64,000 nt of DNA from an uncultured Gammaproteobacteria bacterium (GCA_965231005.1 OZ246405.1:39204-103203), one strand, 5' to 3'. Shown: positions 28,822 through 39,848, counted from the stretch's first letter. Notes: generated by a model from the sequence alone, not told the origin. Program-made: numbers and translations.

Positions 28822-28850
28822 TTGACAAAATTCGGCTGAGTTGATACAAT
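28822..28850 (+). promoter_or_regulatory. sigma70-like promoter TTGACA-17nt-TACAAT driving the GC-rich 4-gene cassette
   Basis: ttgacaaaattcggctgagttgatacaat. Confidence 0.45.
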
Positions 28851-28899
28851 AATTAACTTCCTAAACCTAGGAAGCCAAACGAACAACAAGGGGGTAACC

Positions 28900-29211
28900 A
28901 TGTCGCTCATTCGAAAGGCAAGCATCACGTGTTTGGGCGCATTAACTTGCGTCTCAGCTGCCGTAATCCTCAACTCGCTTTTGGCTCTGGTCTTGATTGG
29001 CTTTTTGCCCATGATCCCATTCGCGTACGGTTTGGCCAAGAAAAAGCCATACTTGACTTTTTTGGGCCTGGGCGGAATGATCGGCATTTCCCTGCTGCAT
29101 TTGAGTGTGCACTTGGAAATCCATCCATCACAGATCATTGAGACACTTTTCTTTGCTCAGGTTGCAGCTGTAGTTCTCTGGGTGATCGAGAAGGTCCGGG
29201 AGGACAAATGA
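28900..29211 (+). CDS. small membrane protein (cassette gene 1)
   Basis: RBS AAGGGGGT 5 nt before the ATG; 2-3 TM helices; GC ~50% vs ~33% background. Confidence 0.5.
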   Translation: MSLIRKASITCLGALTCVSAAVILNSLLALVLIGFLPMIPFAYGLAKKKPYLTFLGLGGMIGISLLHLSVHLEIHPSQIIETLFFAQVAAVVLWVIEKVREDK

Positions 29212-29525
29212 GCATTCGCAAAAAAGCCAAATGGTTAGTCGCGCTGCCGTTTCGTGTTGCAAGGGGCATTGTTCGACTCAACTTGGCAGCAGTAGACGCT
29301 GCAGCCGAGATATGGCTTGACCTTCGCGAGTCAGATACGACAAACGCATACCAGGTATACCGCCAAATCGTACGGCTGGAAGATCCTGTTGAAGCACTTT
29401 GTCGCTCACAGAACATTGACCACCAAACCGCAAGTGTTCTGTGGCACCAACTGGTCACTGAATTCCACCCCGATCCGAAAAGATATTGGGAACTTTACCC
29501 AGACGAGCAGCCAGATCTGAACTGA
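29208..29525 (+). CDS. hypothetical protein (cassette gene 2)
   Basis: ATGA stop/start overlap with gene 1; RBS GGGAGGA. Confidence 0.45.
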   Translation: MSIRKKAKWLVALPFRVARGIVRLNLAAVDAAAEIWLDLRESDTTNAYQVYRQIVRLEDPVEALCRSQNIDHQTASVLWHQLVTEFHPDPKRYWELYPDEQPDLN

Positions 29526-29621
29526 ATGAGACAACACACAAAAAAGGAGGAGCTCCCTGCTACCACGCGGGGTCTCACATAGGTACAGTTAATAAAAGTG
29601 TATCTGTGTGAGGAGGACACA

Positions 29622-29927
29622 ATGATCACATTCACAAAGCTCTTTTTGTACATGTGCACAGGTGCGTTCCTCGGAAGTGCCTTGTACATATTTGGGATGG
29701 ACACAAATACCATCTCAATGATTGCTGCGTTCTACCTTTTCATGGGAATCGTAGTATATCGTGGGAATCTGTTAGGATGCGGCATAGGCACTGCCTTCTC
29801 AAGCATTCTCTTGACAGACAAACACTCACCCAAAACCATTGCCATGTACGCTTTCATCATGCTGCTGGCAACACTCGTCTGGATGACCATGACGAGACAA
29901 ACAGAACGACAAAGGGGGGAACCATGA
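29622..29927 (+). CDS. small membrane protein (cassette gene 3)
   Basis: RBS GAGGAGGA before the ATG at 29622 (internal Met of track ORF 29598-29927); 3 TM helices. Confidence 0.45.
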   Translation: MITFTKLFLYMCTGAFLGSALYIFGMDTNTISMIAAFYLFMGIVVYRGNLLGCGIGTAFSSILLTDKHSPKTIAMYAFIMLLATLVWMTMTRQTERQRGEP

Positions 29928-30295
29928 CTTTTCTCGAGGTGCTCGGCATCATTACTGTCATCATGACCATTACGTACGGAGCAATCTGGTTCAAGCTCAT
30001 TCCGTGGGTAGAGAAACCAAAAGGCCCAGTTGAATTTCTGGCATACCCACCACGTCTGCCAGGAGATATCTTCGGGATGATCGTGTTTGGCATGATTTCA
30101 AGAGATTGGCTACACGTACTGTTTCTATTGCCGCTGCTCTTGCTCTCGCTCGTCCCTGCACTTGTCGTGATGGTGATAGGAGTTGTTTCACTCTTCCTGA
30201 TCATCATCTTCTGGTTCACCATCGATTTCGTATCGTACTACGGAGTCGTATTCATTGACTGGGTTGCACGGGCGTGGAGTTCGTGGAGAAAATAA
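29924..30295 (+). CDS. small membrane protein (cassette gene 4)
   Basis: RBS AAGGGGGG before the ATG at 29924; ATGA overlap with gene 3. This is the in-frame C-terminal 123 aa of track ORF 29654-30295. 4 TM helices. Confidence 0.5.
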   Translation: MTFLEVLGIITVIMTITYGAIWFKLIPWVEKPKGPVEFLAYPPRLPGDIFGMIVFGMISRDWLHVLFLLPLLLLSLVPALVVMVIGVVSLFLIIIFWFTIDFVSYYGVVFIDWVARAWSSWRK

Positions 30296-30395
30296 TAAAC
30301 AACAAAGGCGCAACAACAAGGGGGTTTGTCCTGACACTGTCGGGACTCACCATCAACGTATATATAATTGTGCGTTCATGGTGGGAAGAACAATA

Positions 30396-30486
30396 TTAGT
30401 TACTAGATAATAGTTAATAGACAACTAGGCTGGAAACTTCTTACAAAGCACAATAAATAATAACTATTAGCTAATAGCTAATAAAC
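30396..30486. repeat. inverted pair TTAGTTACTAGATAATAGTTAATAGACAA ... ATAACTATTAGCTAATAGCTAATAAACT (inner arm of the TIR element family)
   Basis: 29/30 identity to 35252-35281; read directly. Confidence 0.55.
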
Positions 30487-30487
30487 T

Positions 30488-31642
30488 ATGGCCCTTAATG
30501 TAAATGAACAAATCAAAAAACTAATTGACGATAAGAAGCATGTCCTTATTACATTTAGTCCAAAAGGAAAAGGCGATGCACTTGCTAGTGCAGTTGCGCT
30601 ATCTTTGTATTTGAAAAAACTTGGAAAACGAGTGGACATTGTATCAGACGGATTTGTTCTTCCCCGTCAATATAAATTTTTGAAAGGATCAGAAACAATT
30701 GCATCTTCATTTTCACATTTACAAAAATTTATTATTACGATTGATGCAAAAGATGCTGGTGTCCAGGAATTAAGTTATGATGTAAAAGATGGAAAACTTC
30801 GCATTTTTGTAACACCGAAAAAAGGATTCTTTACAAAAGAAAAATTGCGCACTGCACAATCTGATTTTAAATATGATTTGATTGTTACGCTCAACACGCA
30901 GGACTTAGAATCACTTGGCTCACTCTATGACAACAATGTAGAACTCTTTTACAAAGTTCCAATTATTAATATTGATCACAATCCTAGCAATGAACATTTT
31001 GGTCAAGTAAATCTTGCGGATTTAACAACAACGACAACAGCAGAAGTTATCTTCAACATGATTAACAAAATAAATCCTGAAACGATTGATGAACATATTG
31101 CAACAGCACTTCTTACAGCGATTGTTGCAAAGACACGTAGCTTTAAGTCAGACAATATAAAACCACATACATTACATCTTGCAAGCAAGTTAATCACACT
31201 TGGTGCTGATCGTGATTTTATTGTTAAAAATCTTTTTCACACAAGATCAATTGCTGCATTAAAATTGTGGGGGCAAGCACTCACAAATTTGAATAGTGAT
31301 CCTGATATTGGACTTGTTCATACTTCAATAACTCGTGATGATTTAACAAGAACTGCTGCAGAAAAAGATGACATTCCAGATATTATTGATGAATTAATTA
31401 GTAATTCACCAGAAGCAAAATTAACATTGCTCTTATTTGAAGATCCTGAAAAGACAACTCCATACACTGTGCATGGTATGCTTGTGACAGATCGCGGATA
31501 CAATGCACTTCAATTGTTAAAAGAATATAACCCAGTTGGAAGTATTAATTACGCATCATTTGTTATTACAGATGTTCCAATGCAAGTTGCAATAAAAAAT
31601 ATCCGCGAACAATTGCGGAGTCAGCTTATAAAAAATGTCTAA
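30488..31642 (+). CDS. DHH-family phosphoesterase (NrnA-like nanoRNase / pAp phosphatase)
   Basis: INIDHNPSNEHFG DHH motif and C-terminal DHHA1-like region. Confidence 0.65.
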   Translation: MALNVNEQIKKLIDDKKHVLITFSPKGKGDALASAVALSLYLKKLGKRVDIVSDGFVLPRQYKFLKGSETIASSFSHLQKFIITIDAKDAGVQELSYDVKDGKLRIFVTPKKGFFTKEKLRTAQSDFKYDLIVTLNTQDLESLGSLYDNNVELFYKVPIINIDHNPSNEHFGQVNLADLTTTTTAEVIFNMINKINPETIDEHIATALLTAIVAKTRSFKSDNIKPHTLHLASKLITLGADRDFIVKNLFHTRSIAALKLWGQALTNLNSDPDIGLVHTSITRDDLTRTAAEKDDIPDIIDELISNSPEAKLTLLLFEDPEKTTPYTVHGMLVTDRGYNALQLLKEYNPVGSINYASFVITDVPMQVAIKNIREQLRSQLIKNV

Positions 31643-31646
31643 GACA

Positions 31647-32789
31647 TTATTCTTTTTTTAATCCAGCTGCTGAATATCGATTACTTGCATTCCAAAGTAA
31701 CCAACCACCATCAGTATATTTTTCAACCGCGTCAATCTGGGCGCGTATTTTATTTGCATCATATACTGCACCAATATTAAAGGCTTGAATCCAGGGACGA
31801 GACTGTGCTCGTTTTCCTTCAAAATACGGAGATCCTGCTTTCATTCCATTTTCAATAACCAACCCAGGATGCGCTGCTGGATTTTCCAAACCAATGTGGC
31901 CTGCAGGATAGTGGGATGGATACATCATTGGACAGATATAGTCGATAGAATCTACAGCATCTTCAAGACGTTGCCCAATAGACATACCATCATGACGCTC
32001 CATAACAAATCCAAACATATCAATAGAAATCCATGCGGGCCAAGATGAAAGCTTTTGATCCAAATATGCAAAAAATTCACGCATAACCTCTGCACGCGAT
32101 CTGTCACCATTTGTATAGACTACTTGACTCATGTTTCCATCTGAAGGAAACCTAACATAGTCAAAATTAATTTCATCAAATCCCAATCCAATTGCTTCTT
32201 TTGCTATACCAACATTGTAATCCCACACAGATTTTTGCGTTGGATCAACCCAAGCAAGTCCTTTATGATCACGCCACAGTCCCCCACCTTTTTTGTGAAT
32301 TGCCCATTCTGGTTTTCGTTCTGCAAGAATTGGATCTTGAAACACTGTTTGTCGCGCGATTACGTAAATGCCATTGTCATGAAACTTGCGAATCATTGCG
32401 CGTACATCTTTTATCCTATGTTTCTCCGTTTTAAATTCATTGACCCAAAGCAAATTACTGTCGTACAAAACATATCCTGAGTAATCTTTGATATCAACAA
32501 CAACAGCATTTAATTCTGTGCTATTAATTAAATCAATAATTGCATCTACCTTTTTAGGCAAATTTGCAGAATATGCTGTAAGGTAGAGTCCTTTGATTTC
32601 TTTTTTAATTGGTTTGGATATAATTCTTTTTCCAGGAATCGCCGCATCGTGCGATACCATTGCCAAGCCATCTTGTGTGTGACTTGTTACATTCCACTGC
32701 CACCCAACACCAAGGAGCGCAAACATACCTATACCAATTGCTAGAATAAGATATAAATGCGGATGTTTGTAATTTGGTTGATTAAGCAT
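31647..32789 (-). CDS. putative glycoside-hydrolase-like TIM-barrel protein (DUF4015/COG1306-like), N-terminal TM anchor
   Basis: 380 aa; the family call is an overall sequence-pattern resemblance, so it is tentative. Confidence 0.45.
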   Translation of the reverse strand: MLNQPNYKHPHLYLILAIGIGMFALLGVGWQWNVTSHTQDGLAMVSHDAAIPGKRIISKPIKKEIKGLYLTAYSANLPKKVDAIIDLINSTELNAVVVDIKDYSGYVLYDSNLLWVNEFKTEKHRIKDVRAMIRKFHDNGIYVIARQTVFQDPILAERKPEWAIHKKGGGLWRDHKGLAWVDPTQKSVWDYNVGIAKEAIGLGFDEINFDYVRFPSDGNMSQVVYTNGDRSRAEVMREFFAYLDQKLSSWPAWISIDMFGFVMERHDGMSIGQRLEDAVDSIDYICPMMYPSHYPAGHIGLENPAAHPGLVIENGMKAGSPYFEGKRAQSRPWIQAFNIGAVYDANKIRAQIDAVEKYTDGGWLLWNASNRYSAAGLKKE

Positions 32790-34008
32790 TACTTTTGGTT
32801 TTCTTTTCTAATCGATGCAACTGTAAGAATAATAACACAATCAAAGAGAGGAAGAAAGAAAAAATGTATGGATATCGCATATCCTTAGCAACGAGTAGGG
32901 CTGCAGCAAATAAAATTGGATATTCAAGCACATTGTGTAATAAATTTGACAATGACATTGTTGTTGCCCGATTGTACGAATGAAATCGTTTGTGAAATAG
33001 TTCGGAAAATAGTGGAAAACGGAACGCTTCGACAAGCGTAAGTAATATATACAAAAGAAGGAGAATGTATGGTTGTGGCCATACAAACATAAATACAACA
33101 AAAAACAATGCAAATACTGTATAGAGATAATTCAATCTATCAATCCGAAGTCCAACAGGATATTTTGTATGAAAATGTCCTACATACCAATACCAAATAA
33201 ACTTTGCAAGATGACTAAATGACCAAGCAAAACCAATGAAGACAATACTTATTCCCAGATCTACAAAGAACTTTTGATAATATGACCACAACATAAATAA
33301 AGCAAAAAACAAAATTTCCTTATTTAATAATGCACGCAATAATTCTTTGTCATTAATAAGCAATTTCCATCCATCTTTAATTACTCCTGCCTCGGTTTTC
33401 TCAACATCCATTTTATGATCTGGCTCGACAATACGCAGCGCAACAATAAAGGCAACAATTGTACCAAGGACATCAATCAAAAGAAGAGAAATAAATTGAC
33501 TATCTGTCAAATCTTTGGCGATAAGTACTCCAATAATAGGAGTTATTATTTTGAAAATACTGTGTGATGCACGATACTTCCCAAGTCGAGATAACGAATC
33601 ATGTTCTTGACCTAACTCACGCTCTGTATCGTACACTAATGCTTCGTCTGTTCCAGAAAGACTTGCATACGAAAGTCCCATGAATAATATACCAACACCC
33701 ATCCAAAAAAAGCCGTGAGCAAAAATAAAAATATTCCACTGGATACAAGCAAATATAATGCCTAAGATAATCGTTTTCTTCCTGCCCCAGCGATCTGCAA
33801 GATAACTTGATGGTATTTCAAAAATAAGAGAGGCTGTTGCCCAGACCATGCTTACATAAAGAATCTGAGAAACTGTTAAACCACGATGGATATAAAATAG
33901 TGCAATAACAACATTGATGACTTTTGTATTTAAAAAAGCACGAATCCAAAACATTCTGCGAAAATTCTTTTCTAGTTGTTTTCTTCTTTTCTTTGTCATG
34001 ACAGGCAT
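32782..34008 (-). CDS. MFS transporter
   Basis: 12 predicted TM helices; ADRWGRKKTIILG-type motif A between TM2 and TM3. Confidence 0.7.
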   Translation of the reverse strand: MPVMTKKRRKQLEKNFRRMFWIRAFLNTKVINVVIALFYIHRGLTVSQILYVSMVWATASLIFEIPSSYLADRWGRKKTIILGIIFACIQWNIFIFAHGFFWMGVGILFMGLSYASLSGTDEALVYDTERELGQEHDSLSRLGKYRASHSIFKIITPIIGVLIAKDLTDSQFISLLLIDVLGTIVAFIVALRIVEPDHKMDVEKTEAGVIKDGWKLLINDKELLRALLNKEILFFALFMLWSYYQKFFVDLGISIVFIGFAWSFSHLAKFIWYWYVGHFHTKYPVGLRIDRLNYLYTVFALFFVVFMFVWPQPYILLLLYILLTLVEAFRFPLFSELFHKRFHSYNRATTMSLSNLLHNVLEYPILFAAALLVAKDMRYPYIFSFFLSLIVLLFLQLHRLEKKTKSNA

Positions 34009-34565
34009 TATTCAAAAATCAAACTTGCAAAAAACATTTCTGCTTCACCAAGCATAATACTTCCCTCTTTTCCAACTCCTTCTGCACCAAGAACAATGGT
34101 CTTCCCATCGTGAATATATCGAGCGTGACTATTCCCAATAATGACAAAAGGAATGCCTTGTTTATTTTTTGAATGACGAACTAATGTTTTATCATTAATT
34201 TTTGGAAGATACTCAAATTCTTTTTCTGCAACTAAAATATAAAAATGAGATATTTTATTTCGTGGATCTTGAAAATGAATATATTTTTCAAATGCTCCAT
34301 CTAGATCAATTGAATCGAGTAGTGTTGAGTCTCCATCTCGACTACTGACTTGCATCCATGCTCCAAACGGTTCACCCCAAGAATATGTAACAGAAAATCC
34401 ATATTCAGTATCCATGTATTGTTCAGCATATGGTTCAACATACTTATCTAAATCATTTTCTAACAGTCCTGTATCAGTAGCAGATTTATATAAATAAACC
34501 CCAACAATCAATACAACAAAAAGAAGTATGAATAATGGCCAATAAAAATAAACACGTAATTTCAT
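34008..34565 (-). CDS. hypothetical membrane-anchored protein
   Basis: N-terminal TM helix; 185 aa. Confidence 0.4.
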   Translation of the reverse strand: MKLRVYFYWPLFILLFVVLIVGVYLYKSATDTGLLENDLDKYVEPYAEQYMDTEYGFSVTYSWGEPFGAWMQVSSRDGDSTLLDSIDLDGAFEKYIHFQDPRNKISHFYILVAEKEFEYLPKINDKTLVRHSKNKQGIPFVIIGNSHARYIHDGKTIVLGAEGVGKEGSIMLGEAEMFFASLIFE

Positions 34566-34567
34566 AC

Positions 34568-35182
34568 TTACACTGTTGAGTTGACAATGACTTCTCCTTG
34601 TCGGAGAACGATCATTTCTCCATGTTCTATTTTAATAATAGTTGATGGACTTTGGTGAGGAAGCGTTCCTGCATCTATAAATATATCCGGTTGATTTTCT
34701 TCATCCTGAAACATGTTCAAAATACTTTCTGCATCATATGCACTTTCTTGTGCAGCAATATTTGCAGAAGTTGACACAAGTGGTTTTCCTAATTGCTCAG
34801 ACAATTCTGCAGCAAGAGAATGTGCTGTTACACGAAACGCAATTGTATTGTCTGAACCAAAAACACCTGAAACAAACGGATGTTCTGGTACAAGATCAAC
34901 CACAGCTGTAAGTGCTCCTGGCCAGTATCTATTTGCAATCGTTTCTAATGTTGGAGACCATTCAATGTGCTGCATAATCATATCAATGTCAGGAACAACA
35001 ACAAGTACTGGTTTATCTTTTTGACGTTTTTTAATATCAAATATTTTTTGAACAGCAACCTCGTTTGTTGCATCACAACCAAGCCCATAACATGTTTCTG
35101 TTGGATATACTATGACTGCACCATTACGCAATTCACTTGCAATCTCATTTATATCAATGTCCTCTTGTTTGATGACTTTCAT
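34568..35182 (-). CDS. tsaC: L-threonylcarbamoyladenylate synthase (YrdC/Sua5 family)
   Basis: VIVYPTETCYGLGCDATNEVAVQKIFDIKKR...KPV signature of the YrdC fold. Confidence 0.8.
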   Translation of the reverse strand: MKVIKQEDIDINEIASELRNGAVIVYPTETCYGLGCDATNEVAVQKIFDIKKRQKDKPVLVVVPDIDMIMQHIEWSPTLETIANRYWPGALTAVVDLVPEHPFVSGVFGSDNTIAFRVTAHSLAAELSEQLGKPLVSTSANIAAQESAYDAESILNMFQDEENQPDIFIDAGTLPHQSPSTIIKIEHGEMIVLRQGEVIVNSTV

Positions 35183-35190
35183 TCAAAATA

Positions 35191-35412
35191 ATTAGCAACT
35201 AACAATTAGCAATTAACAACTTAGTATAGGATGATTTTACAAGAAAGGAATTAGTTATTAGTTACTAGCTAATAGTTAATAGACAATATAAGAAAGATCT
35301 AAGCCTAATTTGCTAATAAATAGTAACTAATAGCTAATAACTATTAATTCCGATCTTATCTTAAAGAATCTTTCTATACAAGTTTGTTAATTGTTAGTTG
35401 TTAATTGTTTTT
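35191..35412. mobile_element. MITE-like nested inverted-repeat element: outer arms of TTGTTAA-type 7-mer arrays with a CTATACWAGTT core, inner arms TTAGTTACTAGCTAATAGTTAATAGACAA
   Basis: Left arm AATTAGCAACTAACAATTAGCAATTAACAACTTAGTATAG; right arm CTATACAAGTTTGTTAATTGTTAGTTGTTAATTG. Related copies at 45250-45433, 42964-43040 and 30396-30486. The right arm supplies the last codons (KKQLTTNN) of prfB. Confidence 0.5.
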
Positions 35413-36499
35413 TGTTATACCGAAGATATGCCTCAATAAGAGCATCAAGATTCCCGTCTAACACTTCATCTGGGTCCTGTGTTTCAAACTTTGAACGAAG
35501 ATCTTTTACCATTTTATATGGGTGAAGAACATATGATCTGATTTGATTTCCCCATTCTGCACTTTTGTACTCACCACGAAGTTCTTTTGTTTCTTTTGCC
35601 TCCTCTTCTTCGCGCAACGTTTCTAGTCTTGAATGAAGCACACGCATTGCTGTTTCTTTATTTTGTAATTGTGATCGTTCGTTTTGACATTGTACAGTAA
35701 TTCCTGTTGGAATGTGCACAATCCGTACAGCTGAGTATGTTGTGTTCACACTTTGACCGCCTTTTCCTCCAGACATAAATGTATCGATGCGTAAATCTTT
35801 TGGATCAATCTCTATATTCTCATTATGCGCTATTTCTGGAATAACTTCAATTGATGCAAATGATGTATGTCGCATTTTTTCTGCATCAAATGGTGAAATC
35901 CGTACAAGCCGATGCGTTCCATGTTCTGATTTGAGATGGCCAAATGCATATCTTCCTTCTACACGAAATGTTGCTGACTTTATCCCTGCCTCTTGTCCAC
36001 GCGATTCATCTAACATTTCTGTTTTCCACTCCTTCTTTTCACAATAACGAAATACCATGCGTTGTAGCATTTCTGCCCAGTCTTGCGCTTCTGTTCCTCC
36101 ACTTCCTGCATGAATTGAGACGATTGCATTTTTTGCATCATGTTTTCCAGAAAGGAGTAAATAAAATTCAAGTTTTTCAAATTCTGTTTCTAACTCGCCA
36201 ATTCGTTTTACAACACCCTCTTGCATTTCTTCATCTGGATTTTTTTCTAAATCCTTTGCAAGACTTAACAGTTCTTCTACTTCTTCTTTCATCTTTGTCC
36301 ATGTTTCAATTTCTTTTCTATATTCTTCGTGTTGCTGAGAAACATTTTTTGCATTGCCTTGATCATTCCAAAAATCTGGATCCTGCATTTCTTTTTCCAT
36401 GCCATGCATGTGCGCAATCATATCATCAATATCAAGAAGCGCCCATGTGTCTACAATACGCTTTTGTAATGCTTGAAGTTGTTTTATGTAATCTTTCAT
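35387..36499 (-). CDS. prfB: peptide chain release factor 2
   Basis: GGQ motif (SGGKGGQSVNTT) and RF2-specific SPF motif (RISPFD); one uninterrupted ORF with no programmed frameshift. Confidence 0.85.
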   Translation of the reverse strand: MKDYIKQLQALQKRIVDTWALLDIDDMIAHMHGMEKEMQDPDFWNDQGNAKNVSQQHEEYRKEIETWTKMKEEVEELLSLAKDLEKNPDEEMQEGVVKRIGELETEFEKLEFYLLLSGKHDAKNAIVSIHAGSGGTEAQDWAEMLQRMVFRYCEKKEWKTEMLDESRGQEAGIKSATFRVEGRYAFGHLKSEHGTHRLVRISPFDAEKMRHTSFASIEVIPEIAHNENIEIDPKDLRIDTFMSGGKGGQSVNTTYSAVRIVHIPTGITVQCQNERSQLQNKETAMRVLHSRLETLREEEEAKETKELRGEYKSAEWGNQIRSYVLHPYKMVKDLRSKFETQDPDEVLDGNLDALIEAYLRYNKKQLTTNN

Positions 36500-36502
36500 G
36501 TA

Positions 36503-36841
36503 TTAAAATAATTTCTGTCCATTTTCTACTTCTCGTTCTGGCTGAGTCAACACAATACGACCTTCTTTATCTGCAAATCCAGTTATTAAACATTCAGAAA
36601 CAAATGGTCCAATCTGTTTTGGTGCAAAATTTACAACACCCACAACTTGTTTTCCGAGTAGTTCTTCTTTTGTATACAAATCTGTAATCTGCGCTGATGA
36701 CTTTTTTATTCCTATTTCACTACCAAAATCAACCTGCAATTTATATGCAGGCTTTCGTGCTTCTGGAAAATCTTTAACATCAATGATTGTTCCAACACGT
36801 ATGTCTACTTTTTCAAAATCATTGTAAGAGATAACGTTCAT
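36503..36841 (-). CDS. tRNA-binding protein (CsaA/YgjH-like EMAP/Myf domain)
   Basis: 112 aa; VDIRVGTIIDV...LQVDFG...VVGVVNFAPKQIGPFVSE pattern of the tRNA-binding OB fold. Confidence 0.65.
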   Translation of the reverse strand: MNVISYNDFEKVDIRVGTIIDVKDFPEARKPAYKLQVDFGSEIGIKKSSAQITDLYTKEELLGKQVVGVVNFAPKQIGPFVSECLITGFADKEGRIVLTQPEREVENGQKLF

Positions 36842-36848
36842 AACACTA

Positions 36849-37724
36849 TTAATTGACGCTAAATGTTTTCAGCACAACTCGAAGACTATCTCTCAAAGAA
36901 GAATCAAACTGCCAGCGATAAAACGTATCATCATGTTTTGCAATCATTACAGTTTTTTTCTTATCATATAATAATTGACCTCCAGCATTATTCGCAAAGA
37001 CTAAACTTTTTTCTGCTGTAAATCCATACCATGTAATGCCATTGACATTCTCGGTAAATATTGGTGAAACGACTGCTTTAGCATTTACATCGGGATCATT
37101 CTTATTATCATCCCACCATTTTTTTACAAAAGCCTCGGCAGATAGGTCTTCCAATCCTCTAATTTCAGGATGAACCTCTGGATCGTTCATTGCACTTAAA
37201 TTAGCTCTCATATTATTAGGAAAAACAACAGAAAGTTCTATTGCCTCATCAGGATCTATTGGGTATATGACAACGTCTGTATCAACTTTCACACCAATAG
37301 GAGTGACAAAAGAATATCCAAATGCATTATTTTTATATGTTACTCCTTTCTGGACTTTGTGAACAACTTGATTTGTATCATTTTTTACGTCATCTTTTTC
37401 TTCGATGATAGACTCTACAACAGATTCAGAAATATGAAGTGTTACCTCAGCATCACCTCGCAAAAATGCTCTGTAAAAATATACAGGAACGGCTAGGACA
37501 AGAAAAATTGTTGCAACAAGTCCAATTTCCCCTCTCCTCTTAGGCCCTTCTTTGTAAAAGAAAATGATTGATCCAATAGAACCAAGGAAAAGCCAAACAA
37601 AAAACCAAACCGTTCCACTATGTTTAAGATCGTTTCTCCTGATAATAGATAATAGCATCAATGCCCACAAAATAAGATTGACACCTAATGCTACAAAAAT
37701 TAGTACTGAGATAATTGTTTGCAT
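36849..37724 (-). CDS. hypothetical membrane protein
   Basis: Three N-terminal TM helices, then a soluble domain. Confidence 0.45.
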   Translation of the reverse strand: MQTIISVLIFVALGVNLILWALMLLSIIRRNDLKHSGTVWFFVWLFLGSIGSIIFFYKEGPKRRGEIGLVATIFLVLAVPVYFYRAFLRGDAEVTLHISESVVESIIEEKDDVKNDTNQVVHKVQKGVTYKNNAFGYSFVTPIGVKVDTDVVIYPIDPDEAIELSVVFPNNMRANLSAMNDPEVHPEIRGLEDLSAEAFVKKWWDDNKNDPDVNAKAVVSPIFTENVNGITWYGFTAEKSLVFANNAGGQLLYDKKKTVMIAKHDDTFYRWQFDSSLRDSLRVVLKTFSVN

Positions 37725-37802
37725 AAAAAATACAAGCTTAGTAGGAATCTACTATACAGAAAATTTAGCAAATCATCAACTTTCTGACCTATTAAAACAA
37801 GA

Positions 37803-37832
37803 CTTTTTTTCAAGCCTTGTTTTCTTTTAATT
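37803..37832 (-). terminator. AAAACAAG...CTTGTTTT hairpin (conserved terminator motif, copy 3) downstream of groEL
   Basis: Same stem as at 1420 and 3185. Confidence 0.45.
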
Positions 37833-37843
37833 GTTCTTTATCT

Positions 37844-39484
<1,641 letters not shown>

Positions 39485-39499
39485 TTATGTTAAATACTA

Positions 39500-39790
39500 T
39501 TATGAAAGAATTGCTAACACTTTATCTTGTGAAACAATTTTATAATCTTCTCCATTTACTTTTACTTCTTCTCCTCCCCATTTTTCAAATAATACTTTGT
39601 CTCCAACAGAAACTTCCATTTGACTTCTTGTACCAGATTCAAGAACCTTTCCTGGTCCAACAGCTACAATTTCTCCTTCTGCTTTTTTTTCTTTATCAAC
39701 TGTATCTGGAAGAACAATTCCAGAAGCAGTCACTTCTTCCTCTTGTAGAGGTTTAATAACAACGCGATCACCAAGTGGTTTGATATTCAT
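39500..39790 (-). CDS. groS: co-chaperonin GroES
   Basis: Starts MNIKPLGDRVVIKP (internal Met of track ORF 39500-39832); 96 aa. Confidence 0.9.
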   Translation of the reverse strand: MNIKPLGDRVVIKPLQEEEVTASGIVLPDTVDKEKKAEGEIVAVGPGKVLESGTRSQMEVSVGDKVLFEKWGGEEVKVNGEDYKIVSQDKVLAILS

Positions 39791-39821
39791 AATAATATAA
39801 ATATAAATAATAGATGAAATT

Positions 39822-39848
39822 CTGTCACTCATGACTATTGAGTGATAA
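39822..39848. promoter_or_regulatory. CIRCE-like inverted repeat (tgtCACTC-N9-GAGTGata) in the groES leader
   Basis: CACTC at 39826-39830 and GAGTG at 39840-39844 with a 9-nt spacer, matching the core of TTAGCACTC-N9-GAGTGCTAA. Confidence 0.4.

Noticed and set aside
28648-28900. T-box leader upstream of valS
   Set aside because: No T-box consensus (AATTAGGGTGGTACCGCG-like) is present. The region is occupied by a 9-mer repeat array and a plus-strand promoter.
28773-29138. 121-aa minus-strand ORF
   Set aside because: It is antisense to cassette genes 1-2, which have strong RBSs and membrane-protein character.
35944-36687. 247-aa plus-strand ORF
   Set aside because: It is antisense to prfB and the tRNA-binding protein gene.
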